IMG/VR virus record: IMGVR_UViG_2882238243_000002
Coordinates: 32,001 to 96,000 of that record
Origin: a virus
Lineage: Duplodnaviria > Caudoviricetes
Reading direction: 5' to 3' (one strand)
Length of the DNA stretch: 64,000 nt
Below are positions 1-10,169 of the stretch, one piece after another (position 1 is the stretch's first letter; each line of letters starts with the position of its first letter). The notes beneath the pieces are model-generated. The model was not told the origin of the DNA and made no database searches. It saw nothing but the letters and a program-made list of their open reading frames with translations. A program made the translations under genes and the position numbers.

Positions 1-1558
1 CAACGTCTGGTGTATTTTTATTTGCTACTGAGAAATTAGCGTTTTTCTTTCCGAGTAAAGCAAAACATTTTTCTTCAATCGCATCTAATTCCATATTTGA
101 GAAATTGGCTTTTAGAGTCATATAATCAGACATGTTTGCTAGAGACTCATCAAACTTTTCAAAGATAGCATTTACAGATGATTCAAACTGTGCATCAAGT
201 GTATCTTTCTCAAATTTCTTCAATCTTTCAAATTCAGCATTTTGGGCTTCAAAAGTTACTCTTGCTTTTTCAATGCTTGCATTCTCTTCAATAGTTACCC
301 ACTTTACAATCATTTTTTCAAAATCAGATGTGAGAGCTACAACATTGTTAACAATAACGTAAGCAAATCTTCCTTTAGAATAAGTCCACTTATTACCATC
401 ATATTCCTCTTTTTCTACATAAACAAAATTATCATCGAAATCTGCAATCCAGTAATCAAGTGCATAGAGTAGTCTACCATCTTCATCACGTTCCTCACTT
501 CGTTTTAATGCTCCTCTTAATAATTCACGTTTCTCATTATATGTAGAGAATACTGTACTTGTTGGGAGTTCTGCTTTAGGTTCAGTTGCTTTCTTTTCAG
601 ATGCATAATTAGACACTAATGATCTAAAATCATTTTCTGAGATATCCATAGAAAATTCGCCAATTTCCTCTTTAGTTAATTCAAATTCAGCTAAGACAGA
701 ATTGATTAATTCGTCACTCAATGAATCTTTCTTAGTAAATTCAGTAAGATATGTTCTTAATTCATCTTCTGTAGTAGTGTCTGTAATTTCAAAATCTATG
801 TTGTCTAAAGAAACTGAAAATCCAGCTAGGATATTATCAATAAATTCCTTTGTCAAAATACTTCCTCCTTCCGTATTTTCGTTATTTATGTCATCGTCAT
901 TAGACGTTTGACTTTGCTTTGAAAAATAAGTATTAAATTGTTCTAGTTTTGTTTTTATTTCATTTAATGTAAAGTTTGTATCAATTGAAGAACCAATCAT
1001 TGCCGGCGTTGTATTTTCACCTAATGCACAAGCACCGTAAAATACAATCTTTGAAAATACAAAATGTTTTTCCTTATCAAAATCGCCTTCTATAGAATCT
1101 TCATCTAATTCCATACTCTGTTTTTTGATTCCGTCTCGTAAGAAAATATCTGAGTCTTCAATTTTAGTCCATACAAGACCATCAACTACTAAATATTCTC
1201 TCTCGATTCCATCTTCACACATTTCTTTTTCATATCTTGGATTACAACTTTCTGGTATTACACCATATGAAGAACCTTTATATGTGACAGAAATTTTCTT
1301 TTTATCAATAGTTAAGACGCTTCGATGATCTGAAAAATCTTTGTCGCCATTTTTATCCTTTTCAACATAACCAAGTATTGGAGTGTTATATAAAGTTGGA
1401 ATAGCAGCATCAACAACATCTTTTGTAAAAATACTATTGTTCAGATTTAAACCGAGATGCATTAATTTTATTTTCACACGAGTAAATCGAGTGTCAGTTA
1501 TATCTACACTGTCAAGTTTTTCAAACGTAACAGGTATCGTACGTAATTCTTTGTCCAC
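1..1558 (-). CDS. Prohead protease/scaffold protein (SPbeta YonD-like), 3' end outside the window
   Basis: Not in the ORF track; read manually from GTG at 1558 (RBS GGTGGTG): MDKELRTIPVTFEKLDSVDITDTRFTRVKIKLMHLGLNLNNSIFTKDVVDAAIPTLYNTPILGY...QSMEL...GACALGENTTPAM; same frame at the window edge; directly downstream of portal. Confidence 0.8.
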   Translation of the reverse strand, partial: MDKELRTIPVTFEKLDSVDITDTRFTRVKIKLMHLGLNLNNSIFTKDVVDAAIPTLYNTPILGYVEKDKNGDKDFSDHRSVLTIDKKKISVTYKGSSYGVIPESCNPRYEKEMCEDGIEREYLVVDGLVWTKIEDSDIFLRDGIKKQSMELDEDSIEGDFDKEKHFVFSKIVFYGACALGENTTPAMIGSSIDTNFTLNEIKTKLEQFNTYFSKQSQTSNDDDINNENTEGGSILTKEFIDNILAGFSVSLDNIDFEITDTTTEDELRTYLTEFTKKDSLSDELINSVLAEFELTKEEIGEFSMDISENDFRSLVSNYASEKKATEPKAELPTSTVFSTYNEKRELLRGALKRSEERDEDGRLLYALDYWIADFDDNFVYVEKEEYDGNKWTYSKGRFAYVIVNNVVALTSDFEKMIVKWVTIEENASIEKARVTFEAQNAEFERLKKFEKDTLDAQFESSVNAIFEKFDESLANMSDYMTLKANFSNMELDAIEEKCFALLGKKNANFSVANKNTPDV

Positions 1559-1572
1559 ATTTCACCACCTTT

Positions 1573-3060
1573 CTATGCATCAGCATGTCTATTATCATTT
1601 TCTCTTGTTTGAATGCCAGAATCAGACAGTTCTGTATCATCTACTTTTGGTCGTCCATCTTCATCTGTTGTATCAGAATTAGATTGTGTATTACTTGACT
1701 GAAGAGGCTTCCATGAGTTTACGATATCTAAACAATCTTCAAGAATAGAAGTGCCATAGGATTGTGCCGGTGTATAACCAAAACATGCTAATAGTTCATT
1801 TTTTATAGGCGCACCATAGGTACAAGCTTTTAACAGACTATCTATGTATTCTTTTTGGTTATATGTGGTAACATCAAGCATTTTCATTTCAAATTTATAC
1901 TTGTCTGGGAACTGCTTTAACTTTTTATTAATTACACGCTCAATCATTCTGTGGATATGGCATACCATTTCACTGTCATTTTTTATAGAGGATGAGATAG
2001 TAGCAGAAGATGATTTTGTACTATTAAATAATAGCTCTGAAACACCACTTGCGGTAAAGAAAGATGATACAGATTCACTATAGGCATTTACTTGACTTGC
2101 AGTGCCACTTTGTTCAAATGAGAAATCTTGAATCTCATATGGAGACATACCAATTCCAACATTGTCATCAACACATTCACTAAGAAAGTCATAATATTCT
2201 AGTGCTTTATCAAAATCACCGCCAGCAAAATTGCCTTGTTCATCAAGTGGTAATTTCATAAGTAGCAATTTATAAATATTGAGTTTATCTTTTGCTTTTT
2301 CTATTTTTCTTAAATCTTCTAAATCAAAGATAGTAGTAATTAAGTTTGCAAAAATTGGGATAGCATAGTTCACATTGTCAGATAGTTTTACAGCAAATGA
2401 ATATTCATCATTTAACTCTTGCCAACGATATTTTGTCCTGTCCTTCTTGTATGAATTATATTTGGCAATAAATTCTCCACCATAATTTGCAAGTTGTTTT
2501 GGATATTTATCAAAATATTGAAAATCAAATTGGAATTGTAATACGCCATCAATGTTACTTGACACTTCGCATCTGTCATATGGGAGCAATCTACAAAAAT
2601 AGCTGTCGTCAGTCTTATATTCATAAACATAAGCAACGTCAGCTACAAATAATTCGGTTATAATTTTTTCCCATTCGCTTTTGATATTCATTACACCAAG
2701 AACATCAATAGTGCTTTTATAACAATCTAAGAAATTTTTTTTGCTAAATCTTTTCATATCCAACTTATATGGAACAACCACATAGGACAAGAGAGACATT
2801 TTGCTGAAATAATCACAAATTCTTCTATAATGTGGACTAACCATGTAACAATACTTTGATATTTCTATCAATTTCTTTTCGAACTTTTGTGGCGTTTCAA
2901 TCCACTTAATTACATCTTCACGATTATACTTTTTGAAGAATTCGCCTTGCAAATTGGATTGATTCATATCTTTAAGAATCATTTTTGCTTGCTTGGCAAA
3001 TAATGCAAAGTTCATTAGCTTCATTTTTTGCTCATCAGTAATTTCATTTTTGTTAGGCAT
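1573..3060 (-). CDS. Portal protein (YonE-like)
   Basis: ~495 aa immediately after terminase; C-terminal PLQSSNTQS...DGRP motif typical of portals; ATG 3060 with GAGGAGG RBS. Confidence 0.8.
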   Translation of the reverse strand: MPNKNEITDEQKMKLMNFALFAKQAKMILKDMNQSNLQGEFFKKYNREDVIKWIETPQKFEKKLIEISKYCYMVSPHYRRICDYFSKMSLLSYVVVPYKLDMKRFSKKNFLDCYKSTIDVLGVMNIKSEWEKIITELFVADVAYVYEYKTDDSYFCRLLPYDRCEVSSNIDGVLQFQFDFQYFDKYPKQLANYGGEFIAKYNSYKKDRTKYRWQELNDEYSFAVKLSDNVNYAIPIFANLITTIFDLEDLRKIEKAKDKLNIYKLLLMKLPLDEQGNFAGGDFDKALEYYDFLSECVDDNVGIGMSPYEIQDFSFEQSGTASQVNAYSESVSSFFTASGVSELLFNSTKSSSATISSSIKNDSEMVCHIHRMIERVINKKLKQFPDKYKFEMKMLDVTTYNQKEYIDSLLKACTYGAPIKNELLACFGYTPAQSYGTSILEDCLDIVNSWKPLQSSNTQSNSDTTDEDGRPKVDDTELSDSGIQTRENDNRHADA

Positions 3061-3073
3061 TATGTCCTCCTCT

Positions 3074-4825
3074 CTACGTGTATTTTGGTTTACGGAATTG
3101 TAATTTACTCTTATCAAAAGGCTTTTCATTAGGTTTCTTTAACTTGGTTTCTAATTGACACTGAACCCAATAATTATAACCAACACTAGAAACCCTATCT
3201 TTGCGCATTCCGGCTTTTTCATAAACTTTAATGTTTACACCTTTTGCTTCATATTCAAGATTTATTAACTCATTAATTAATAGTGTTGTATGAATATAAG
3301 GGAGCTGCAATAGCATTTTGTCACTCATATTGAGCGAATTATATCCACGCATTCCTTTTAGTAACTCCTCCGCTTCAAATTCGTGCAATAAAAGGTTTAT
3401 TTTATGTTGTCTAAAGCCTTCACGCAATGATAAGTACATATCATTATTAAATTGAGCAGTAGCTTGGATAGCCCAAATAACTTTTGGAGCATTAGGAACC
3501 TTACACCTTTCAGCATACACTTTGTCATTACAACAACTTAATGCCCTATACGTTTCTCCTGTCATTGGATCATACATATCTTTGATTAAGCAATCATAGA
3601 CGCCCAATCCAATACCCTTAACATCTAATGCTATGTATGTACATTTAAATATTTCATAATATCTACGAATTATCAATGCAAGTTCATCTGTGTTTAAACC
3701 TTCATGATTTTCGGTATATATCATATTGCCAATGTATTTTTGATTCTCTGTTGGAATAGCACTATTGATAAATATAGAAGCCGCATCATTGTTTTGCTTT
3801 TTAGAAGCTAATAATGCAACGTCAGTAGAAATTATTCGTTGTTCTTGGGGTTTCAATTCTGGTATTTTTATTGATTTATCCGATAATAATTTGGAAATAT
3901 AATCTGGATATACACATCTTTTGAGCAACCTAGTTTTCGATGTGTCTTCATATGAAAAAAGACTACCATCCTTATCTCCGTACCAAAGACAACCCATTTC
4001 CATATCCCAAGCCATTTCGGAGAAGTCAGCCTCAGACATCTCGTCAGCTACTTGCTCTCTTGACAATAAATCTTCTTTAATTGATATTTGATATGGTAAA
4101 CCACAGATGAAGTATTTTTTTGTATCATTAACTAAATTAGCGCAATATGCTTTTGCCTTTTCAAAAGACCAATGGCTTTTAAACCAACAACTTGACATAT
4201 AAATTTCTTTGTTTCGTTCTACAAGATGTTTATATTCCTTTTTATTTAAGTATTTTGGCGTTCTTGGAGCTGTTAAGAATTTACGCAAAACAGTATTAAT
4301 TACGGTTAAATCTACCATTCTAAATTCGTCTGTGATAAGTATATTTGCTCTAGCAGACCGTCCAGAATCGGATGCAGTAACAACTTTTATCCATGAACCA
4401 TTTTTAAAAAGCACATAGGCTTTATTTTGACCGACTGAATAGTCATCAATTTCTAATTTTAGATTGTCCGATTTATCTAAAAAATCAGTAGTTATCTTTT
4501 CGAGAACTTCGTTTGCCTGATTACGATTTTTTGAAGCAACACAAATTTTTGTTCCGGGATAAAGGATACATCTAATTGTACAAAAGAGAGCAGTTAACCA
4601 TGTTTTTCCTTGCCCACGAGCTGCAAGGTACATGAAATAATTGCTCACATTCATCATATATAGCAAAATTATCTGAAATAGTTTTAGGGTAATTCCTAAA
4701 TAGTCTTTTGCAAATCTATGTGGGTTAGCACGATAGAAACTGCACCATGTCGCAACACCGTTCATTATTTTGGCAGCTTTATCATTTGCAACTTCTTGTT
4801 CTGTTTTTTTATTAGTTTGAATCAT
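3074..4825 (-). CDS. Terminase large subunit
   Basis: Walker A AARGQGKT, Walker B ILITDEF, RNase H-like nuclease motifs STDVA and KDRVSS. Confidence 0.92.
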   Translation of the reverse strand: MIQTNKKTEQEVANDKAAKIMNGVATWCSFYRANPHRFAKDYLGITLKLFQIILLYMMNVSNYFMYLAARGQGKTWLTALFCTIRCILYPGTKICVASKNRNQANEVLEKITTDFLDKSDNLKLEIDDYSVGQNKAYVLFKNGSWIKVVTASDSGRSARANILITDEFRMVDLTVINTVLRKFLTAPRTPKYLNKKEYKHLVERNKEIYMSSCWFKSHWSFEKAKAYCANLVNDTKKYFICGLPYQISIKEDLLSREQVADEMSEADFSEMAWDMEMGCLWYGDKDGSLFSYEDTSKTRLLKRCVYPDYISKLLSDKSIKIPELKPQEQRIISTDVALLASKKQNNDAASIFINSAIPTENQKYIGNMIYTENHEGLNTDELALIIRRYYEIFKCTYIALDVKGIGLGVYDCLIKDMYDPMTGETYRALSCCNDKVYAERCKVPNAPKVIWAIQATAQFNNDMYLSLREGFRQHKINLLLHEFEAEELLKGMRGYNSLNMSDKMLLQLPYIHTTLLINELINLEYEAKGVNIKVYEKAGMRKDRVSSVGYNYWVQCQLETKLKKPNEKPFDKSKLQFRKPKYT

Positions 4826-5843
4826 CTAATTCACCGCCAAAAACAGCATCAAAAAGAGCTTCATCATCATCCTCGTATTCGGGCTTATTTACTTTGTATT
4901 TTTCCATTTCATCTTCATACATACGAGAATAAGTATTTTTAATGCCCATCATTTTGCATAGATGCCCAAGGAAATAAACAGTAATATATTTTACAATACC
5001 ATCTACATCTTTCCATTCTGGGTCTGGTTCAGGAATAGGCTTTTCATTTTCCCATTTTCTGATTAAGGTTCCGAATGTGTTTTGTTCTGCTAATGTATTG
5101 TCTTTTGTTTGCTTTGGTTGTAAATTTGCTGTTGCTAACAAATCTTGAAATGTCTTAGTTAAGTCTTTGGTTGAAAGACCCTCTCGTTTTGCCTTTAAAA
5201 TATCTAATTGGGCATAACATATTTGTTTAAAGACTTCTTCTTGAGATTTAGTGCTACATTCATGTCTGGTAGTCCAATCCAAGTATTCATCTTCAAGAAA
5301 TACATAATCGTCCTCATCAAAGCCGATTCCGAAGAATTTAACCGTTTTTAATTTAGCCTTTTTTGAATCTTTTATGTCGTCAAGTGTTTCAATTACACCC
5401 TCAACACGTTCCTCATCCAGAGTGGTATCATAAGTTTTTCCTGAATATTGGGTTAAGTTGGATTTTGATATGTAACTGTGAATGCGAGATCTATTTTTGG
5501 TTATTTTACGACTTGCACTCAATAAACTGGAAGAATAATAAATATCATATTTCTCGCACATCCTTCTTATTGCTGCGTCTTCGTCACCACCATAAGCAGT
5601 GGTATAATGCTCAAATAGTTTATCCGTACATTTTTTGCAAATAGGTAAATGATAGTTCCAACCAGCATATAATTCACTTTGAGATGAAGGAAAGTTATCA
5701 TCTAGCTTAGTATAATTTGTAGAACAAGTAGGGCATTTGTAAAAATTAGGTTCCTCATCTTTTGAGTATCTTATTTTTTGAATTTCTGTACTTTTAGACG
5801 GTGCAGTTACGACAACACGTCTATTTGATTTTTCTTGTGCCAA
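4812..5843 (-). CDS. Zn-finger protein upstream of terminase (possible small terminase subunit)
   Basis: CPTC...CKKC motif; overlaps the terminase start; TTG start after AAAGGTGG. Confidence 0.55.
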   Translation of the reverse strand: MAQEKSNRRVVVTAPSKSTEIQKIRYSKDEEPNFYKCPTCSTNYTKLDDNFPSSQSELYAGWNYHLPICKKCTDKLFEHYTTAYGGDEDAAIRRMCEKYDIYYSSSLLSASRKITKNRSRIHSYISKSNLTQYSGKTYDTTLDEERVEGVIETLDDIKDSKKAKLKTVKFFGIGFDEDDYVFLEDEYLDWTTRHECSTKSQEEVFKQICYAQLDILKAKREGLSTKDLTKTFQDLLATANLQPKQTKDNTLAEQNTFGTLIRKWENEKPIPEPDPEWKDVDGIVKYITVYFLGHLCKMMGIKNTYSRMYEDEMEKYKVNKPEYEDDDEALFDAVFGGELDDSN

Positions 5844-5950
5844 TACAAACGCACCACCTTTCTTTGCAATAAAATAAGCACTCACCGCCAGAGCAGTAGT
5901 ACTTGCAATTAATTTTCTTATTTATTTTTACTACCATATGAAAGCGCAGT

Positions 5951-6595
5951 TTAATTTGAAAATCCAATAACAATATGATTTTCCATAAGTTTATCTAATT
6001 GTTCTTGACTTAATCCAGAACCTTCATCAATAAAAAATATTTTATTTCTGTATTGACGTAAAGCCATAGCGTCTTTGTATGTAATAATAGTTGTTTTAAA
6101 ATCAAATAATTTACAATTATTATCTATACCAGTAGCAAGATGCCTGTTTTTATCAACAACAATACATCCATTATATTTATCACAAAGACTGGCTAACGCA
6201 TATGATTTTCCAGTTCCTCTGTGGTGCTTACCATTACAATAAAGATGACTTTTACCAGAAATAATATAATCTTCAAACATCTTTGACCATCTATTTGTAT
6301 CTTCTTTTCCTTGAGGTACAACACGCCATTTTTTATGCCTCTTAATTTCACCACAATGATTTTGTTCCCATACTGCGATTTCTTTATGACCATCTGTTTC
6401 ATATTCAGAATACATCAATTTCCAATCGTATTCTTTAATAAGTGAGAGAGTGTCTTTCAAAAGTCGCATGGTGTCAAGTGCACCACGAAAATCATTCTTT
6501 TCTTGTAGTGCGGTGAATTTCTTTTGCAGTGATTTTGCATCACTAATTAATGTCTCAACTGTTTCCTTAAAAATGTTTTGGTTTGTATTGCTCAT
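5951..6595 (-). CDS. Hypothetical protein with C-terminal P-loop-like segment
   Basis: GGAGG RBS; RGTGKS and FFIDE motifs. Confidence 0.55.
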   Translation of the reverse strand: MSNTNQNIFKETVETLISDAKSLQKKFTALQEKNDFRGALDTMRLLKDTLSLIKEYDWKLMYSEYETDGHKEIAVWEQNHCGEIKRHKKWRVVPQGKEDTNRWSKMFEDYIISGKSHLYCNGKHHRGTGKSYALASLCDKYNGCIVVDKNRHLATGIDNNCKLFDFKTTIITYKDAMALRQYRNKIFFIDEGSGLSQEQLDKLMENHIVIGFSN

Positions 6596-6653
6596 AATTT
6601 TCCTCCGGCAGTAAGTTGCAAGCTATTAATTATAATGACAATAAATGTCATAA

Positions 6654-6726
6654 CCTGAATAGCAGGGCTTGAACCTGCAACGTCTGGCTCCCAAAACCAG
6701 CGGACTTCCAATTGTCCTATATCCAG
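6654..6726 (-). tRNA. tRNA-Pro(TGG)
   Basis: Acceptor CTGGATA/TATTCAG, anticodon arm CTGGT-TTTGGGA-GCCAG, T arm GCAGG-TTCAAGC-CCTGC; no encoded CCA. Confidence 0.85.
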
Positions 6727-6804
6727 ATAAAAAAGATGTGTGTAGCAAACACATAAATAATTTCTAAAATACACATACTATTACCAAAAACGGAGGTAAT
6801 TAGA

Positions 6805-7584
6805 ATGGCAGCTCATAAATCAGCGATATCAGTAGGTCTTTTATATATTCCGGTCGGATTATATAAAACAACTAGAGACACCAGCATATCTTTCAATCAA
6901 CTGTGTAAAGATACTCATGAAAGAATTAAATACAAAAAAATTTGTCCTTCGTGTAATAAAGAAGTTAGTAGTAGCGATATAATAAAAGGCTACGAATACG
7001 AGAAGGACAGATATGTAACTTTCACAGAAGATGAGCTTGAAAAAATTAAATCTCAAAAAGATAAAACTATTCATATCGAAAATTTTGTAAAAATGTCAGA
7101 AATAGATTCCATGTACTTTAACAAAAATTATTATCTTATACCAGAGCCGGGTGCTGAAAAAGCATACGAACTATTACGTCAGTCTTTACTATCTAAGAAA
7201 GAAGCAGCTCTAGCTAAGACTGTATTAACAACTAATGAAGACCTTTTAGTTTTATATCCAACCAAAGAATGTATAATAGCAAAAATGCTTTATTATCAAG
7301 AAGAAATTCAAGAAATCCCCAAAACTATTCCGAAGGTTGAACTTTCAAAGCAAGAAGTAGATATGGCTAAATCTCTAATAGATTCAATGACAAAACGTTT
7401 TGACATATCAGCCTATCACGATGAATATCAACAAAAACTTCGTGAAGCAATTACAACAAAAATTACAGGGAATGAAATTGTTAATTCCGATACAAGTGCT
7501 CCTAACAACATTATTAATCTAATGGAAGCTTTACAAAAATCAGTAGAGTTAGCGAATAAAAATAACATTAAAGGAACAGCTTAA
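6805..7584 (+). CDS. ku: Ku DNA end-binding protein (NHEJ)
   Basis: ISVGLLYIPVGLY, RIKYKKIC, IIKGYEYEKDRYV, YHDEYQ, NIINLMEALQKS motifs of prokaryotic Ku. Confidence 0.95.
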   Translation: MAAHKSAISVGLLYIPVGLYKTTRDTSISFNQLCKDTHERIKYKKICPSCNKEVSSSDIIKGYEYEKDRYVTFTEDELEKIKSQKDKTIHIENFVKMSEIDSMYFNKNYYLIPEPGAEKAYELLRQSLLSKKEAALAKTVLTTNEDLLVLYPTKECIIAKMLYYQEEIQEIPKTIPKVELSKQEVDMAKSLIDSMTKRFDISAYHDEYQQKLREAITTKITGNEIVNSDTSAPNNIINLMEALQKSVELANKNNIKGTA

Positions 7585-8516
7585 TGAGTGATATCTTTGA
7601 TAAAAAAGGAATTAAACCAATGTTAATTTCCGAAATGGTTGAGCCTTATGACGATGAGAATTCTATTTTTGAATTAAAACTAGATGGCATAAGATGTATA
7701 AACTATTGTGATAAAACATCAACTGATTTGCGCAATAAAAGAGATATGAAATTATTACCTAGATTTCCAGAGTTGCAATCGGTATTTAAAAACTGCAAAG
7801 AAAAATGCATTTTAGACGGAGAATTGATTACGTTAGTTAATGGAGTACCAGATTTCTATGTATTACAAAAACGTACTTTGCTAACCGATCCTTTTAAAAT
7901 AGATCTTGAAAAAACAAGACATCCTGCCAGTTTTGTTGCTTATGATATTATTTATTATAAAGATAAATTAATCAAAGACTTACCATTAATGGAACGAAAG
8001 GAAATATTAAGTAATATAATATCAGAAAATAATCTGATATCTGTATCGAGATATATTGAAACTAATGGCATTGCGTTATTTAATCTAGCAAAACAACAAC
8101 AGCTTGAAGGAGTAGTAGGCAAGAAGAAAAATAGCCTCTACTGGCTTGGTAAAAATACAAAAGAGTGGAATAAAGTTAAGGTTATGAAAGACGATGACTT
8201 TATTTGCATAGCTTATATAGTAAAAGAAAAAGCTACAAGTCTTGTACTTGCAAAATATGACATAAATAATAATCTTGTTATTACTAATCATGTTACTCTT
8301 GGCGTAAGTCTTTCTAAATTGAAGCAAAACGGCGCTACTCCATCAAAGTGCCCATTAAATGACATACCCAAGGGTCATGAAAACGCAACATGGATTAAAC
8401 CACTAGTTTGCACGGTAGAATTTATGCCTTCAAATAAAGAGGGACTTAGACAAGCTGTACTCAAGGGTTTTAGGGATGATAAATCACCTGAAGAATGTAG
8501 AATAGGAGAGAAGTGA
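7584..8516 (+). CDS. ligD: ATP-dependent DNA ligase (LigD ligase domain only)
   Basis: IKPML, ELKLDGIR adenylation motif, LDGEL, EGVVGK, LRQAVLKGFRDDK; translationally coupled to Ku. Confidence 0.9.
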   Translation: MSDIFDKKGIKPMLISEMVEPYDDENSIFELKLDGIRCINYCDKTSTDLRNKRDMKLLPRFPELQSVFKNCKEKCILDGELITLVNGVPDFYVLQKRTLLTDPFKIDLEKTRHPASFVAYDIIYYKDKLIKDLPLMERKEILSNIISENNLISVSRYIETNGIALFNLAKQQQLEGVVGKKKNSLYWLGKNTKEWNKVKVMKDDDFICIAYIVKEKATSLVLAKYDINNNLVITNHVTLGVSLSKLKQNGATPSKCPLNDIPKGHENATWIKPLVCTVEFMPSNKEGLRQAVLKGFRDDKSPEECRIGEK

Positions 8517-8525
8517 ATTCTCTCC
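8505..8525. terminator. Hairpin between convergent genes (likely bidirectional terminator)
   Basis: GGAGAGAA-gtgaa-TTCTCTCC inverted repeat. Confidence 0.55.
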
Positions 8526-8529
8526 TTAT

Positions 8530-8784
8530 TTATAATATTAAATCATTATCTCGAATTATCTCTTCTTGATATTTGTTCCAGTCAACTTTAGTAACTTTTG
8601 CTTCATCATATGTCCATAATGTGATAATTTCACCTTCCTCAGAGGATGATCTCTCAACTTGCTCAATATTCTTACGAATATATACATATACCTTTGAACT
8701 TATGTCGTCAAATGCATCTGGTTTAGTATCTTGTGAACCTTCTACGTGTTCCCAATCCAATAGTTTTTCCATAAACGTTTTCAC
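8530..8784 (-). CDS. Small virion-accessory hypothetical protein
   Basis: ORF directly downstream of the fibre-like gene. Confidence 0.55.
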   Translation of the reverse strand: MKTFMEKLLDWEHVEGSQDTKPDAFDDISSKVYVYIRKNIEQVERSSSEEGEIITLWTYDEAKVTKVDWNKYQEEIIRDNDLIL

Positions 8785-8794
8785 CCACTTTCAA

Positions 8795-10162
8795 TTATTC
8801 AGTTCCAGCCAATGGTCTACATGAAATAAACGTTCCTATAGCTGTGCCAGTATTAGTTGGTGTGGCATTATTGTGCATAGAGAATATTCCGCCTTGCTGT
8901 GTATTGGATGTTCCAACGTTCGACATTCCCATAGCAGGACATCTTAGGCCTGTGTCAGTTGTACCTCCATTGGCATAATCACACCAATATGTACTTGACG
9001 ACCCAGTTCTAGTATTTGGAAAGAAGCCATATTCGCTAATATTCATAGTGTTAATATACCCACCTGATGCGGCTGTGGTATTTGATTCGAATGGCATTGC
9101 TATATACCCACTCCCAGTATCATTGTAATTAGCGGTGGTTGATCCATCATACATCCCTTCAGTTAATTTAACTTTATAAATATGGTTCTGATAAAGTAAT
9201 CCAGCAACTCTACCAGATCTAGCTCCCCAGTAGTTTTCGATACCAAATAACTTGAGGTCTGTATTATTTGCGTTATTTCCCCAGAATAGCCCTTTTGCAT
9301 TAGCAGTTCCATTATAACTTGCAGACATACTATCCCCACCAGACGAGCATCTACTATATCCGAAACGAGCCTGACTGTTTCTAGATTTACCCATTAATAA
9401 TAGAAGTATCTGAAACAGCAGCCTATTGGCATAAGTATCTATATTCCAGATATCCTTGTTACTTGGGTTATTTGCTTTTGCTCTGGTAAGTTCAGATGAT
9501 AGAGAAGAAGCACCATATATATTATTGGACAAACTTCTATATCTAGGATTAATATATGAATGACTGTAAATTGCTATGTAGAAATATGGTATTACATCAC
9601 CGTTTATATCAATATGAGACCAACACTTAAAATCATCATCCACTTGTTTATCAGACACCAACACCGTTGTTAGATTTGTAGTTTCGTTATGACTTATTTT
9701 ATAATATACCAGCGGTATTCCAACCATCGCATTCCCACCGTACGATGTATTACTAATGTCTGATGCCGTACCATCTAATTTCTTGGTATAATCATTTGGG
9801 TCTAACAGATATCCAACTGTACCATCATACTTTAACATACATGGTTTCAATCCTTTTATAAACCAAGCATCTGTCCAACTACCATACTCAAATTCACCTG
9901 TGGTGAAATTCATCTTCGCGGGTGTAAAATATTTATTATCTTCTATATATGAAATACTTGCATAAGGGTCTGATTCATTGTTATCAATAACAAACCCATA
10001 CAACGTGTAGTCTCGGTCATCATCGCCTTTTTTCTTTTGCCAAGTTATATCTAAGGGAAATTGTCTAGGTGAATCATATGATTTACTTTTCGCTTGCAAC
10101 CAAGAATTTTCCAGTGGTGATTGTCTTGGAATATCAGTTATATTGTCTGTCATCTTAATCAC
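8795..10162 (-). CDS. Putative virion fibre/adhesin-like protein, possible C-type-lectin-like fold
   Basis: N/G/S/T-rich; FGIENYWG motif seen in phage CLec/FGE-like domains. Confidence 0.5.
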   Translation of the reverse strand: MIKMTDNITDIPRQSPLENSWLQAKSKSYDSPRQFPLDITWQKKKGDDDRDYTLYGFVIDNNESDPYASISYIEDNKYFTPAKMNFTTGEFEYGSWTDAWFIKGLKPCMLKYDGTVGYLLDPNDYTKKLDGTASDISNTSYGGNAMVGIPLVYYKISHNETTNLTTVLVSDKQVDDDFKCWSHIDINGDVIPYFYIAIYSHSYINPRYRSLSNNIYGASSLSSELTRAKANNPSNKDIWNIDTYANRLLFQILLLLMGKSRNSQARFGYSRCSSGGDSMSASYNGTANAKGLFWGNNANNTDLKLFGIENYWGARSGRVAGLLYQNHIYKVKLTEGMYDGSTTANYNDTGSGYIAMPFESNTTAASGGYINTMNISEYGFFPNTRTGSSSTYWCDYANGGTTDTGLRCPAMGMSNVGTSNTQQGGIFSMHNNATPTNTGTAIGTFISCRPLAGTE

Positions 10163-10169
10163 CGCCTAC

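Noticed and set aside
132-1682. Several + strand ORFs at the window start
   Set aside because: Antisense shadows of the long - strand head protease/scaffold and portal genes
6592-6774. 60-aa ORF (also the ORF calls at 17894-18121 and the extensions to 11965 and 18027)
   Set aside because: They overlap well-formed tRNA genes
8911-8921. TTCCAACGTTC match to the start of the DGR TR, suggesting a second VR
   Set aside because: Only 11 bp, antisense to the gene, and it does not extend with an adenine-only mismatch pattern
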